From Burkholderiaceae bacterium (lineage in GTDB: Bacteria > Pseudomonadota > Gammaproteobacteria > Burkholderiales > Burkholderiaceae_B): 64,000 nucleotides of DNA. This document shows, piece after piece, positions 32,614 through 41,564 of this stretch. Each line of letters begins with the position of its first letter. The stretch's first letter is position 1. The notes under the pieces were generated by a model. It was given only the letters and a program-made list of their open reading frames with translations, was not told where the DNA came from and searched no databases. Location of the stretch: the NCBI GenBank assembly GCA_965659885.1, contig CBFHXV010000004.1:5024-69023 (forward strand), given 5' to 3'. The position numbers were made by a program, and so were the translations under genes.

Positions 32614-33264
32614 ATGAGTCAGGATTCAACGGTTAACCGCGACGACGAGGCTGAAGGCTCCGCGCCACTTGAGCTGCCTAACGATCCTCAACGGCGTTTC
32701 TGGATTGGCGCTACCTGTTTGGCTGGCGGTGCGGCCGGTGCTGCGGCGGCTGTTCCATTTGTGGGCAGCTTTGCTCCTTCAGAGAAGGCAAGAGCAGCAG
32801 GTGCGCCGGTTGAGGTTGATTTGTCCGTCATTCCCCCGGGGCAACTACGAACCTACGAGTGGCGTGGCAAACCGGTCTGGGTGATTCACCGCACGCCGGA
32901 AATGATTGAAGGCTTGGCCAAAGTTAATGATGACTTGGCTGATCCTAACTCTGACCGCCCTGGCTACACCCCAGCGTACGCAAAAAACGAGTATCGCTCG
33001 CGCAAGCCTGATTTTTGGGTGGGTGTGGCCATTTGTACCCACCTCGGGTGCTCACCCACACCACGTTTTGAGCCGGGCGCACAACCGAGCCTGCCCGATG
33101 ACTGGCAAGGTGGCAGCATCTGCCCTTGCCATGGCTCCTGGTTTGACATGGCTGGCCGTGTCTATAAAAACAAGCCCGCCCCGGACAACCTTGAGGTGCC
33201 TCCGTACCAGTACCTCAGCGATTCCCGTATTGTGATCGGGGTTGATGAGGACAATCCAGCCTGA
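32614..33264 (+). CDS. petA: Ubiquinol-cytochrome c reductase Rieske Fe-S subunit
   Basis: Tat-like QRRFW anchor, WRGKPV, CTHLGC and CPCHGS boxes. Confidence 0.96.
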   Translation: MSQDSTVNRDDEAEGSAPLELPNDPQRRFWIGATCLAGGAAGAAAAVPFVGSFAPSEKARAAGAPVEVDLSVIPPGQLRTYEWRGKPVWVIHRTPEMIEGLAKVNDDLADPNSDRPGYTPAYAKNEYRSRKPDFWVGVAICTHLGCSPTPRFEPGAQPSLPDDWQGGSICPCHGSWFDMAGRVYKNKPAPDNLEVPPYQYLSDSRIVIGVDEDNPA

Positions 33265-33324
33265 GAAGAAACAGGTTGATGTAATTGGTTAAAACTGAAT
33301 TGAAAGACTGAGAGGAGCCATTCC

Positions 33325-34704
33325 ATGGCTGGCGAAAAGAACGTCGAGACGACTGGGACACTAGGGTGGATTGATCGCCGCTTCCCACTAACCAAGATGG
33401 TGAAGGAGCATTTGTCTGAGTACTATGCTCCCAAAAATTTTAACTTCTGGTACTTCTTTGGCTCGTTGGCCATGTTGGTACTCGTGATTCAGATTGTGAC
33501 GGGCATCTTCCTGGTCATGCATTACAAACCCGATGCACAGATGGCATTCGATTCGGTTGAGTACATTATGCGTGAAGTGCCAGGTGGCTGGTTTATCCGT
33601 TACATGCACTCAACAGGCGCCTCGATGTTCTTTGTCGTGGTTTATCTGCACATGACCCGTGCGTTGATCTACGGCTCGTATCGCAAGCCACGAGAGCTTG
33701 TATGGATTTTTGGTGTAGGTATCTTCCTGGCGCTCATGGCCGAAGCCTTCATGGGCTACCTCCTGCCCTGGGGTCAGATGTCATACTGGGGCGCACAGGT
33801 GATTGTTAACTTGTTTGCTGCTGTTCCTTTGATTGGGCCTGACCTGGCCGTTTGGATTCGTGGTGACTATGTGGTGTCTGATGCCACGTTGAACCGCTTC
33901 TTCTCCTTGCATGTGATTGCGCTCCCGCTGGTCTTGCTTGGCCTGGTGGTGGCACATATTATTGCGTTGCACGAGGTTGGATCAAACAACCCCGATGGCA
34001 TTGAGATCAAAGAGAAGAAAGACAAGCATGGTCGACCGCTTGACGGTATTCCCTTCCACCCGTACTACACGGTTCATGACATCATGGGGTATGCAGGGTT
34101 TTTGATCGTGTTCATGGCCATTGTGTTCTTTGCCCCCGAAATGGGCGGGTTCTTTATTGAGTACAACAACTTCATACCCGCTGATCCGTTAAAGACACCC
34201 GCGCACATCGCACCGGTTTGGTATTTCACGCCCTTCTACTCCATGCTGCGTGCCACGACTGACCCCTTTACTTGGGTTTTGGCTATCGGTTGCGTGATTG
34301 CAGCAGCGAGCATGTTCTTCAAATGCAAGGGTGCCGCCAAGTTAATCGTGCCGGCAATTTTGATTGCTGTTGCGGTTTCACTTCGCATGATTGATGCGAA
34401 GTTCTGGGGCGTTGTGGTGATGGGTGGTGCCGTGGTGCTGTTGTTCTTCCTGCCTTGGCTCGATTACAGCCCGGTGAAGTCCATCCGCTATCGGCCAGGC
34501 TGGCACAAATGGATTTATGGCATCTTCTTTGCCAATTTCCTTGTGCTCGGTTATCTCGGCACACAACCGCCTTCAGACGTGTTTAACCTCATGTCACAGA
34601 TCGGCACGATTATCTACCTGGCGTTCTTCTTCCTGATGCCTGTGTGGAGTCGACTCGGAGAGTTCAAGCCCGTGCCTGACCGTGTTGTGTTCCATGCCCA
34701 TTGA
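33325..34704 (+). CDS. petB: Cytochrome b of the bc1 complex
   Basis: RYMHSTGAS, YLHM, GYLLPWGQMSYWGA, RFFSLH, PVWY (PEWY-equivalent). Confidence 0.97.
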   Translation: MAGEKNVETTGTLGWIDRRFPLTKMVKEHLSEYYAPKNFNFWYFFGSLAMLVLVIQIVTGIFLVMHYKPDAQMAFDSVEYIMREVPGGWFIRYMHSTGASMFFVVVYLHMTRALIYGSYRKPRELVWIFGVGIFLALMAEAFMGYLLPWGQMSYWGAQVIVNLFAAVPLIGPDLAVWIRGDYVVSDATLNRFFSLHVIALPLVLLGLVVAHIIALHEVGSNNPDGIEIKEKKDKHGRPLDGIPFHPYYTVHDIMGYAGFLIVFMAIVFFAPEMGGFFIEYNNFIPADPLKTPAHIAPVWYFTPFYSMLRATTDPFTWVLAIGCVIAAASMFFKCKGAAKLIVPAILIAVAVSLRMIDAKFWGVVVMGGAVVLLFFLPWLDYSPVKSIRYRPGWHKWIYGIFFANFLVLGYLGTQPPSDVFNLMSQIGTIIYLAFFFLMPVWSRLGEFKPVPDRVVFHAH

Positions 34705-34720
34705 GCAAGTGAGAGACGTA

Positions 34721-35572
34721 ATGAAAATGATGAATAAGCTCCTTGGTGCCATCGCATTGTCATTAACCTGTTCCCTGGCGATTGCAGCGGGCAGTGACTA
34801 TCCGCTGGATAAAGCACCGGACAAACTTAACGATCAAGCAGCCCTGCAAAACGGGGCCAAGATCTTTGTGAACCATTGCTTGAACTGCCACAGCGCGAAA
34901 TCGCTGCGTTACAACAAGCTACGCGACATCGGCCTGACGGATCAGCAGATCAAAGAGAGCTTGTTGTTTACGGGTGAGAAAGTCGGTGATCTTATGACCA
35001 TCGCGATGACCAAAGAAGACGGCACGAACTGGTTTGGTGCCGCTGCACCTGATCTGTCGGTCATTGCACGTGCCAAGTCAAGGAATGCCGGTCCTCCGGG
35101 TGGTGACTACATTTACACGTACATGCGCACGTTCTACCGCGACATGACCCAACCGACGGGCTGGAATAACCTTGCTTTCCCGAACGCCGGTATGCCACAT
35201 GTCTTGTGGGACAACCAAGGGCCACGCGAGTTGACCTCAACGATCATCGAGCAAGTGCCTCAAGACGGTGAAATGGTTTGGCAGAAGATCACCAAACAAT
35301 ACGGTCCCGAAGGCTACTGGACGGCTGACGCTGAAATCCTGGATAATTACGTAGGCTCAGCCGGTGTAACGCATTCGTTTAATGCGTTGGATCCTAAGAA
35401 GGCCGCTCAATATGATCGTGACATGGGCGACTTGGCTGCCTTTATGACTTGGATGGCCGAGCCCGTTCAACTCGAGCGCAAGCGTATTGGCTTCTGGGTC
35501 TTAGTGTTCCTAGGCCTATTTTTCATTGTCGCCTGGCGCTTGAACGCGACTTATTGGAAGCACATCAAGTAG
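34721..35572 (+). CDS. petC: Cytochrome c1
   Basis: Signal peptide, CLNCH, APDLSVIARA, GMPHVLW, C-terminal TM anchor ending YWKHIK. Confidence 0.95.
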   Translation: MKMMNKLLGAIALSLTCSLAIAAGSDYPLDKAPDKLNDQAALQNGAKIFVNHCLNCHSAKSLRYNKLRDIGLTDQQIKESLLFTGEKVGDLMTIAMTKEDGTNWFGAAAPDLSVIARAKSRNAGPPGGDYIYTYMRTFYRDMTQPTGWNNLAFPNAGMPHVLWDNQGPRELTSTIIEQVPQDGEMVWQKITKQYGPEGYWTADAEILDNYVGSAGVTHSFNALDPKKAAQYDRDMGDLAAFMTWMAEPVQLERKRIGFWVLVFLGLFFIVAWRLNATYWKHIK

Positions 35573-35586
35573 TATGTCGTTACTGG

Positions 35587-35627
35587 GCCAGCACCTGCCT
35601 GAGGGTCGGTGCTGGCTTTTATTTTAT
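35587..35627 (+). terminator. Rho-independent terminator after petABC
   Basis: GCCAGCACC (35587-35595) / GGTGCTGGC (35608-35616) stem followed by TTTTATTTT. Confidence 0.7.
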
Positions 35628-35656
35628 TACTCTAAGCATTAGGACGGTACCTCACC

Positions 35657-36268
35657 ATGATGGTCCTCTATTCCGGCACGACTTGCCCGTTTTCGCATCG
35701 CTGCCGCTTCGCTCTGTATGAAAAAGACATGGATTTTGAGGTGCAGGATATCGACCTGTACAACAAGCCTGAAGACATCAGTGTCATGAATCCGTATGGG
35801 CAGGTTCCCATTCTGGTCGAGCGCGATCTGATCTTATATGAGTCAAATATCATCAATGAATACATCGATGAGCGCTTCCCGCATCCGCAATTAATGCCGG
35901 CTGACCCGGTCATGCGTGCCCGCACACGCCTGTTCCTGTTCAATTTTGAGAAAGAGCTGTTCGTGCATGTTGCTTTGCTTGAAGACCGCACCGCGCGTCA
36001 TGAAACGGCCAAGCTCGACGCCGCCCGGGCGGCCATCCGCGATCGCTTGTCGCAGCTTGCGCCGCTGCTGCTCAAAAACAAGTACATGCTCGGCGAAGAG
36101 TTCACCATGCTTGACGTGGCCATGGCCCCCTTGTTGTGGCGTCTGGATCACTACGGCATTGAGCTGCCAAAAACCGCCGCACCTATCCAGAAGTACGGTG
36201 AGCGGATTTTCTCGCGCCCTGCCTATATCGAGGCACTGACTCCCTCAGAAAAAGTCATGCGTCGCTAG
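35657..36268 (+). CDS. sspA: Stringent starvation protein A
   Basis: LYSGTTCPFSHR, NPYGQVP, ESNIINEYIDERFPHP; follows petC. Confidence 0.95.
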   Translation: MMVLYSGTTCPFSHRCRFALYEKDMDFEVQDIDLYNKPEDISVMNPYGQVPILVERDLILYESNIINEYIDERFPHPQLMPADPVMRARTRLFLFNFEKELFVHVALLEDRTARHETAKLDAARAAIRDRLSQLAPLLLKNKYMLGEEFTMLDVAMAPLLWRLDHYGIELPKTAAPIQKYGERIFSRPAYIEALTPSEKVMRR

Positions 36269-36284
36269 GCCTGAGCTGATTGTC

Positions 36285-36713
36285 ATGGCAGAAACATCGA
36301 CCAAGCCTTATATGTTGCGTGCCCTGCATGAGTGGGCCACAGACAACGGCTACACGCCGCATATCGTTGTGCAAGTCAACGAGATGTGTCGTGTGCCCCC
36401 GGCATTTGTGCGTGACGGCCAGATCACACTCAATATCAGTGATGTGGCCACCGGCGGCTTGGTCATGGGCAATGAGTTCATTGAGTTTCAAGCGCGGTTT
36501 TCAGGAAAGCCAGAGCAAATCTCGGTGCCGGTTGGCGCGGTTACCGCCATCTATGCGCGCGAGACAGGCAGTGGCATGGGGTTCGAAGTTGAACAGGCGA
36601 CAAGCGCCTCGGGTGATGATGAGGGGGGCCAAGGTTCAGGTGACGCTGCACCGCAAGAGCCGGCCTCTTCAGATCAAACGGGCAAGCGTCCCAGCCTGAA
36701 AATCGTCAAGTGA
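36285..36713 (+). CDS. sspB: ClpXP adaptor SspB
   Basis: KPYMLRALHEW..DNGYTP, ARFSG, IYARETG.GM.F, C-terminal RPSLKIVK ClpX-binding tail. Confidence 0.95.
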   Translation: MAETSTKPYMLRALHEWATDNGYTPHIVVQVNEMCRVPPAFVRDGQITLNISDVATGGLVMGNEFIEFQARFSGKPEQISVPVGAVTAIYARETGSGMGFEVEQATSASGDDEGGQGSGDAAPQEPASSDQTGKRPSLKIVK

Positions 36714-36812
36714 AACTCAGGCCTGATTTGGTCAGGTCGTTCTGTGTGATAACCCGGCTCGAGCGATTTTTATTTTTCTCTTACAATACGTCAGTTTTTT
36801 GCAGTGGATCGT

Positions 36813-36888
36813 GCCGGTGTAGCTCAGTTGGTAGAGCAGCGCACTTGTAATGCGAAGGTCGAGGGTTCGACTCCTTTCACCGGCACCA
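36813..36888 (+). tRNA. tRNA-Thr (anticodon TGT)
   Basis: GCCGGTG/CACCGGC acceptor stem, AGCTCAGTTGGTAGAGC D-arm, anticodon loop CTTGTAA, GGTTCGACTCC T-arm, encoded CCA; 76 nt. Confidence 0.96.
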
Positions 36889-36917
36889 TTGTTCAAAAGG
36901 CCATTCATTCAGGTTGC

Positions 36918-37931
36918 TCAAGGCTCATCGGACCGAGCCGATCGCCTGAGCACCCTTGGCGAGTACCCATAAAACGCCTTGAATGCGGCGCTGAAGTTGC
37001 TTACCTGTTTGTAGCCTAGTTTTGCGGCGATTTCAGCGACGGGCGAAGTGGTCGTGCTTAACCACTCATGCGCCTGAGCCATGCGTTGCTCTTTCATGAA
37101 AGCGGCCACCGACATCCCGAACTCGTTGACAAACATCTCGTTCATGGTTTCGACTGAAACGCCAAACAGCGTGGCTAAGCGACCAGCTGAGGGAAGTTGG
37201 CCTGTGCGCTGCTTCAGATATCGCATGATGACTTGGGCCGTCACTGGTTGGTCATCCGGGTGATACGTACCGAGGTCATCAAAGTATCGAATTAGGTTTT
37301 CCAGGAATTCAAGGGTTTTGTTTTGCGCATGCAGCTTGTGACGTGACCCCTTGAGCCGGTCATCAAAACAAAACCGTAAAGGTGCGGTAACGGCCGTGGG
37401 CAGCGAGTGCAACTTGTTTGAGCTTAATACACAGGCGCGCAGGTGAGCCGTCAGATCCTGCCCAAGCAATAGCTGTAGCGATGACTGACTCGCATGAACA
37501 TACAGCACTTCGACAGCGGGCAAGGGTGCAAACTTAAGCGTCGAATGTGTCTTGCTAACCCATTGAAGCATGGTAGTGCCAGGCTCTAAGTGTTGCTGGT
37601 CGTTCTTTATCTCATCGTGCCGAGTCAAAGCGCCCGTAAGCACGGAATGCACCAGCAGACAAGGTTCCTTTAAATTCATTTCAACGATGGCTGATACGGG
37701 ATTGTCCTTGGCCAGGGCAGTGAAGCGAAAAATCGAATGGTGAAGTGACAGCCCGCTGTTTAGCTTCACACTCGTAAATCCCCCGGCGCCAATCCTGGCT
37801 GGCAACGGATAATCCACCTCAAGAAGGTCGTCGGTTTTATAGCGTTGATTCGTGGTGGTGTCGGTGACGACTTGCTCTCCGATCTGCCACCTGACGTTGT
37901 AGTCGTTAAAAGGCGTCTTGCTTGAAGCCAT
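36918..37931 (-). CDS. AraC-family transcriptional regulator
   Basis: C-terminal AraC signature VAEIAAKLGYKQVSNFSAAFKAFYGYSP; long N-terminal domain. Confidence 0.88.
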   Translation of the reverse strand: MASSKTPFNDYNVRWQIGEQVVTDTTTNQRYKTDDLLEVDYPLPARIGAGGFTSVKLNSGLSLHHSIFRFTALAKDNPVSAIVEMNLKEPCLLVHSVLTGALTRHDEIKNDQQHLEPGTTMLQWVSKTHSTLKFAPLPAVEVLYVHASQSSLQLLLGQDLTAHLRACVLSSNKLHSLPTAVTAPLRFCFDDRLKGSRHKLHAQNKTLEFLENLIRYFDDLGTYHPDDQPVTAQVIMRYLKQRTGQLPSAGRLATLFGVSVETMNEMFVNEFGMSVAAFMKEQRMAQAHEWLSTTTSPVAEIAAKLGYKQVSNFSAAFKAFYGYSPRVLRRSARSDEP

Positions 37932-38186
37932 GTGCTCGTGTCGTTCGGTTTCAGCAGGTTATGCGTATACGCTGATAATTGTGACGCAAGCGTTGTCAAT
38001 CAGACCTTATGACCCTAAGACAATCTATAAAACCTCATCGCTTGCCCTAAAACCATAAACGGTAAAAAAAATCATAACACAGACTAAAAAAGCTTTTGTG
38101 GGACCTGACTGTGTTCAGGCACATCAATGGTTTGCCAATCGTTAACCTAACCGTTAATCTGAAGCTCGTTAAAAGGAACCGTTGCC

Positions 38187-39050
38187 ATGACCTACCAAAC
38201 GTTGATACCGGTACCAGAATTACAGTTGCTGATGCGCGACCGTGCATCAGAGATCATCGTGCTAGACGCGAGCCATGACTTGTTTGACCCCACGCTCGGC
38301 CGTAAAAACTACCAGGCGGCTCATCTGCCAGGTGCGCATTTTGTGTCGCTTGACACCGACATGGGCGGACAGAAGACGGGCACCAATGGGCGCCATCCAT
38401 TGCCAGAGCGCGAGCATGTCGTTGACGTGATGCGTGGCCTCGGTGTCAACGACGACACGCAAGTCATTGTGTATGACCAGTGTGAGGGTATGCATGCGGC
38501 CCGAGTCTGGTGGACATTAAATTGGCTTGGCCACAGAGATGTCGCGGTTCTCGACGGGGGCTTAAAAGCATGGCAGCGCCATGGCGGCCAGACGCAAAGC
38601 GCGGTGCCAGGGCCAGTGCCAGTTGGTAACTTCTCGGATCGAGGCGTTGGCATGCCCGTGGTGACTTACGAGGACTTATTGCACAACATAGACACCCGTG
38701 AGCGCTTGGTCGTGGATGCGCGCGCAGAGGATCGATTCGCGGGCCAGAACGAAACGCTTGACCCTGTGGGCGGCCATATTCCGGGTGCCGTTAACTACTT
38801 TTACAAACACAACCTCAACCCCGATGGCACCTTTAAGACAAGCGAACAGTTAACCGCCCAGTTCCAAGCCGTCATTGGCCAGCGGCGAGCCGAGTTTCTG
38901 GTCATGCAGTGTGGGTCTGGTGTGTCTGCGTGTCACAACCTGCTTGCTTTACAAATGGTGGGCTTGGGCACAGCACCCCTTTATGTTGGGTCATGGAGCG
39001 AATGGTGCTCTCGCGAGGGCGCACCGATTGCCACGGGGGCGCACGGCTAG
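38187..39050 (+). CDS. Tandem-rhodanese sulfurtransferase (3-mercaptopyruvate sulfurtransferase/SseA-like)
   Basis: HLPGA, GRHPLP, ARVWW, LDGG, GHIPGA, active-site CGSGVSA, YVGSWSEW. Confidence 0.9.
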   Translation: MTYQTLIPVPELQLLMRDRASEIIVLDASHDLFDPTLGRKNYQAAHLPGAHFVSLDTDMGGQKTGTNGRHPLPEREHVVDVMRGLGVNDDTQVIVYDQCEGMHAARVWWTLNWLGHRDVAVLDGGLKAWQRHGGQTQSAVPGPVPVGNFSDRGVGMPVVTYEDLLHNIDTRERLVVDARAEDRFAGQNETLDPVGGHIPGAVNYFYKHNLNPDGTFKTSEQLTAQFQAVIGQRRAEFLVMQCGSGVSACHNLLALQMVGLGTAPLYVGSWSEWCSREGAPIATGAHG

Positions 39051-39118
39051 AGCGCGCGGTGCGCCGTTGGCGTACAGTGAATGTCTGTATTGCGTCTCTC
39101 ATGCGTTAACCGGGCACC

Positions 39119-40075
39119 ATGACCAAACCGACGGTTTTACTGACTAATCACATTGATCCCCGCGCCCATGAGCGGCTTGCGGGATTTGCTCGAGTCGTTG
39201 TTGCGCCGGACAATCAAGCGCAAACGCTCAAACAACTGGCTGCTGATTGTCAGGCCATGGTGGTGCGCTGTCATCTGCCTGCAGACATATTTGATGCCAC
39301 ACCTCACCTGAAGTACGTGATCCGGCATGGGGTTGGCTTGGATATGGTGCCCGTGTCTGCCGCGAGCGCTCATTCGATCGTTGTGGCCAACTTGCCTGGC
39401 AGCAATACCAGCGCCGTAGTCGAATACATATTAGCGGCGATGATGGCATTAAGGCGCAACGTAGTGGCCATGGACCAAGTTTTACGAGCAAAGGGCTGGG
39501 ATCAGGCTAAACCGCTGTCAAATCCTTGTGTTCAATGGGCCGGTGCCACGCTAGGCGTGGTGGGTTATGGCGCCATTGGCCGGCAGATCAGCAACATTGC
39601 CTCGGCCATGGGTATGTCCGTTTGCACTTATACGCGACGCCCTGAGACCGTTCAGGCGCCGGTGACGGCCGTGACATGGTCCACCTTGCTGCAGACATCG
39701 GACTTGATCGTGCTGGCCTGCCCGCACACTGAGCTCACGCATCACTTGGTCAACGCCCACGCCCTGTCACTGGTCAAGCCAACGGCACTGTTGATTAATG
39801 TGGCGCGCGGGCCCGTGATCGACACGCCTGCGTTGGTTGACGCCTTAAACAGTGGGCGGTTGGCGGGTGCGGCTCTTGACGTGCACGAGCAGACACCGCT
39901 CAGTGGCCAAGAAGCAATATTTCAATGCCCCAATGTGATCCTGACCCCACACTTGGCGGGCAACACGGCAACGAGCCTGGCACAGATGAGTCAGTGGGCG
40001 GTCGACACACTCGAGGCACTGATGGCTGGCCAGCGACCAGACAACGTGGTTAACCCGCAAGTCTTTGGTGCTTAA
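39119..40075 (+). CDS. D-isomer-specific 2-hydroxyacid dehydrogenase (SerA-like catalytic core)
   Basis: RHGVGLD, GVVGYGAIG, INVARG, AALDV, TPHLAG. Confidence 0.9.
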   Translation: MTKPTVLLTNHIDPRAHERLAGFARVVVAPDNQAQTLKQLAADCQAMVVRCHLPADIFDATPHLKYVIRHGVGLDMVPVSAASAHSIVVANLPGSNTSAVVEYILAAMMALRRNVVAMDQVLRAKGWDQAKPLSNPCVQWAGATLGVVGYGAIGRQISNIASAMGMSVCTYTRRPETVQAPVTAVTWSTLLQTSDLIVLACPHTELTHHLVNAHALSLVKPTALLINVARGPVIDTPALVDALNSGRLAGAALDVHEQTPLSGQEAIFQCPNVILTPHLAGNTATSLAQMSQWAVDTLEALMAGQRPDNVVNPQVFGA

Positions 40076-40105
40076 GCACCTGGCAACAGAACAAAGGAAA
40101 CTCGC

Positions 40106-41497
40106 ATGTCCGAGACGGTATTACAGGCATTGATGCAAGCGCTCGATGACGGTCAGTGCCTGGCAGGCCCAGCCATCGATGACCGATATAAAACCGACTG
40201 GTCCAAGTCGCGCGTCAGTCAACCGCTTGCGGTGGTTCGTCCACGCAGCACCGAGGACGTTTCGCGCGTGTTGAGTATCTGCCACGCGCACGGCCACCCG
40301 GTGACGGTGCAAGGCGGCATGACGGGTTTGGTTGGTGCCAGTCAGGCCAATGATGGTGACGTGGTGCTGTCACTGGAATTTCTCAATGGCGTGCAAGCGC
40401 TTGATGCCACGGCCAGTTGTATGACCGTTTGGGCGGGTACCCCTTTGCAAAGCGCACAAGAGCACGCACAAGAGCGCGGGCTTTATCTGGCTGTGGATCT
40501 GGGAGCGCGGGGCTCTTGCCAGGTCGGTGGCAATATTGCGACCAATGCCGGGGGTAACCGCGTGATTCGGTATGGCATGATGCGCGAACAAGTCCTTGGC
40601 CTTGAGGTGGTGCTTGCCGATGGTACGGTTTTGAGTAACTTGAATAAGATGCTCAAGAACAATGCCGGCTATGACTTAAAGCACTTGTTCATAGGTTCAG
40701 AGGGCACGCTAGGCGTGGTGACCCGGGCAGTGCTGCGATTGCACCCCAACCCCGCAAAGACCACAACCGTCATGTGCGCGGTGGCCGATGAGCAGGCAAT
40801 GTTGCGGTTTTTGATGCGCACGCGACAGGCCATGGGCGCGAATTTGTTGGCGTTCGAGGTCATGTGGCCGGATTTTTTTGTGTTCATGACCACGCGTGTG
40901 TCGTCGAATCGATCACCGTTCGAGCCAACGAGCACCATGGCGATACTGATGGATGTTGACAGCCAGAATAGCGGCTCATCGGCGGCATTGGAGCAACTGC
41001 TCGAACAAGCGTTTGAGGACGGTGAACTGACCGATGCGGTTGTGGCGCAGTCAGGCCAGCAGGCAGCAGCCTTCTGGAAAATCCGGGATTCGGTGTCCGA
41101 GTTCCCGATCCTGTTCGCGCCTTACGCAAGTTTTGATGTGAGCCTGCCCATTGACCAGGTCACCCGGTTCGTGACGGAACTGAAACAGCGACTGCACGAT
41201 CAATTGCCCACATCAGAGTCTTTGTTTTTTGGGCATATTGGCGACAGCAACCTGCATATCGTGGTCCATGTGCCAGGCCCGCGCCAGACGTTTCCCAAAG
41301 AAGAAATTGACACACAGGTCTATGAGCTTGTAGGGCAGTATGCAGGCTCAGTGTCTGCCGAGCATGGCATTGGCACGCGTAAAAAGAAGTGGCTCGGCCA
41401 ATCGCGTCAGCCCTCAGAGATTGAGCTCATGCGCACTATCAAGCGCGCGCTTGACCCCAAGCAGATACTGAACCCGGGCCGGGTGATCGACGCTTAA
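40106..41497 (+). CDS. FAD-linked oxidase (D-2-hydroxyglutarate/D-lactate dehydrogenase family)
   Basis: QGGMTGLVG, GGNIATNAGG, KNNAGYDLKHLFIGSEGTLGVVT, GHIGDSNLH, SAEHGIG. Confidence 0.9.
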   Translation: MSETVLQALMQALDDGQCLAGPAIDDRYKTDWSKSRVSQPLAVVRPRSTEDVSRVLSICHAHGHPVTVQGGMTGLVGASQANDGDVVLSLEFLNGVQALDATASCMTVWAGTPLQSAQEHAQERGLYLAVDLGARGSCQVGGNIATNAGGNRVIRYGMMREQVLGLEVVLADGTVLSNLNKMLKNNAGYDLKHLFIGSEGTLGVVTRAVLRLHPNPAKTTTVMCAVADEQAMLRFLMRTRQAMGANLLAFEVMWPDFFVFMTTRVSSNRSPFEPTSTMAILMDVDSQNSGSSAALEQLLEQAFEDGELTDAVVAQSGQQAAAFWKIRDSVSEFPILFAPYASFDVSLPIDQVTRFVTELKQRLHDQLPTSESLFFGHIGDSNLHIVVHVPGPRQTFPKEEIDTQVYELVGQYAGSVSAEHGIGTRKKKWLGQSRQPSEIELMRTIKRALDPKQILNPGRVIDA

Positions 41498-41508
41498 CCC
41501 GGTCAAGT

Positions 41509-41552
41509 TCACGCGCACGTGGCCCGAGTGTCACGCGCACGTGGCCCGAGTG
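41509..41552. repeat. Perfect 22-bp tandem duplication
   Basis: TCACGCGCACGTGGCCCGAGTG occurs twice, at 41509-41530 and 41531-41552. Confidence 0.9.
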
Positions 41553-41564
41553 ATTGCTCAGATC

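Noticed and set aside
41509-41552. Mini-CRISPR array
   Set aside because: The two units are directly adjacent with no spacer, and no cas genes are present.
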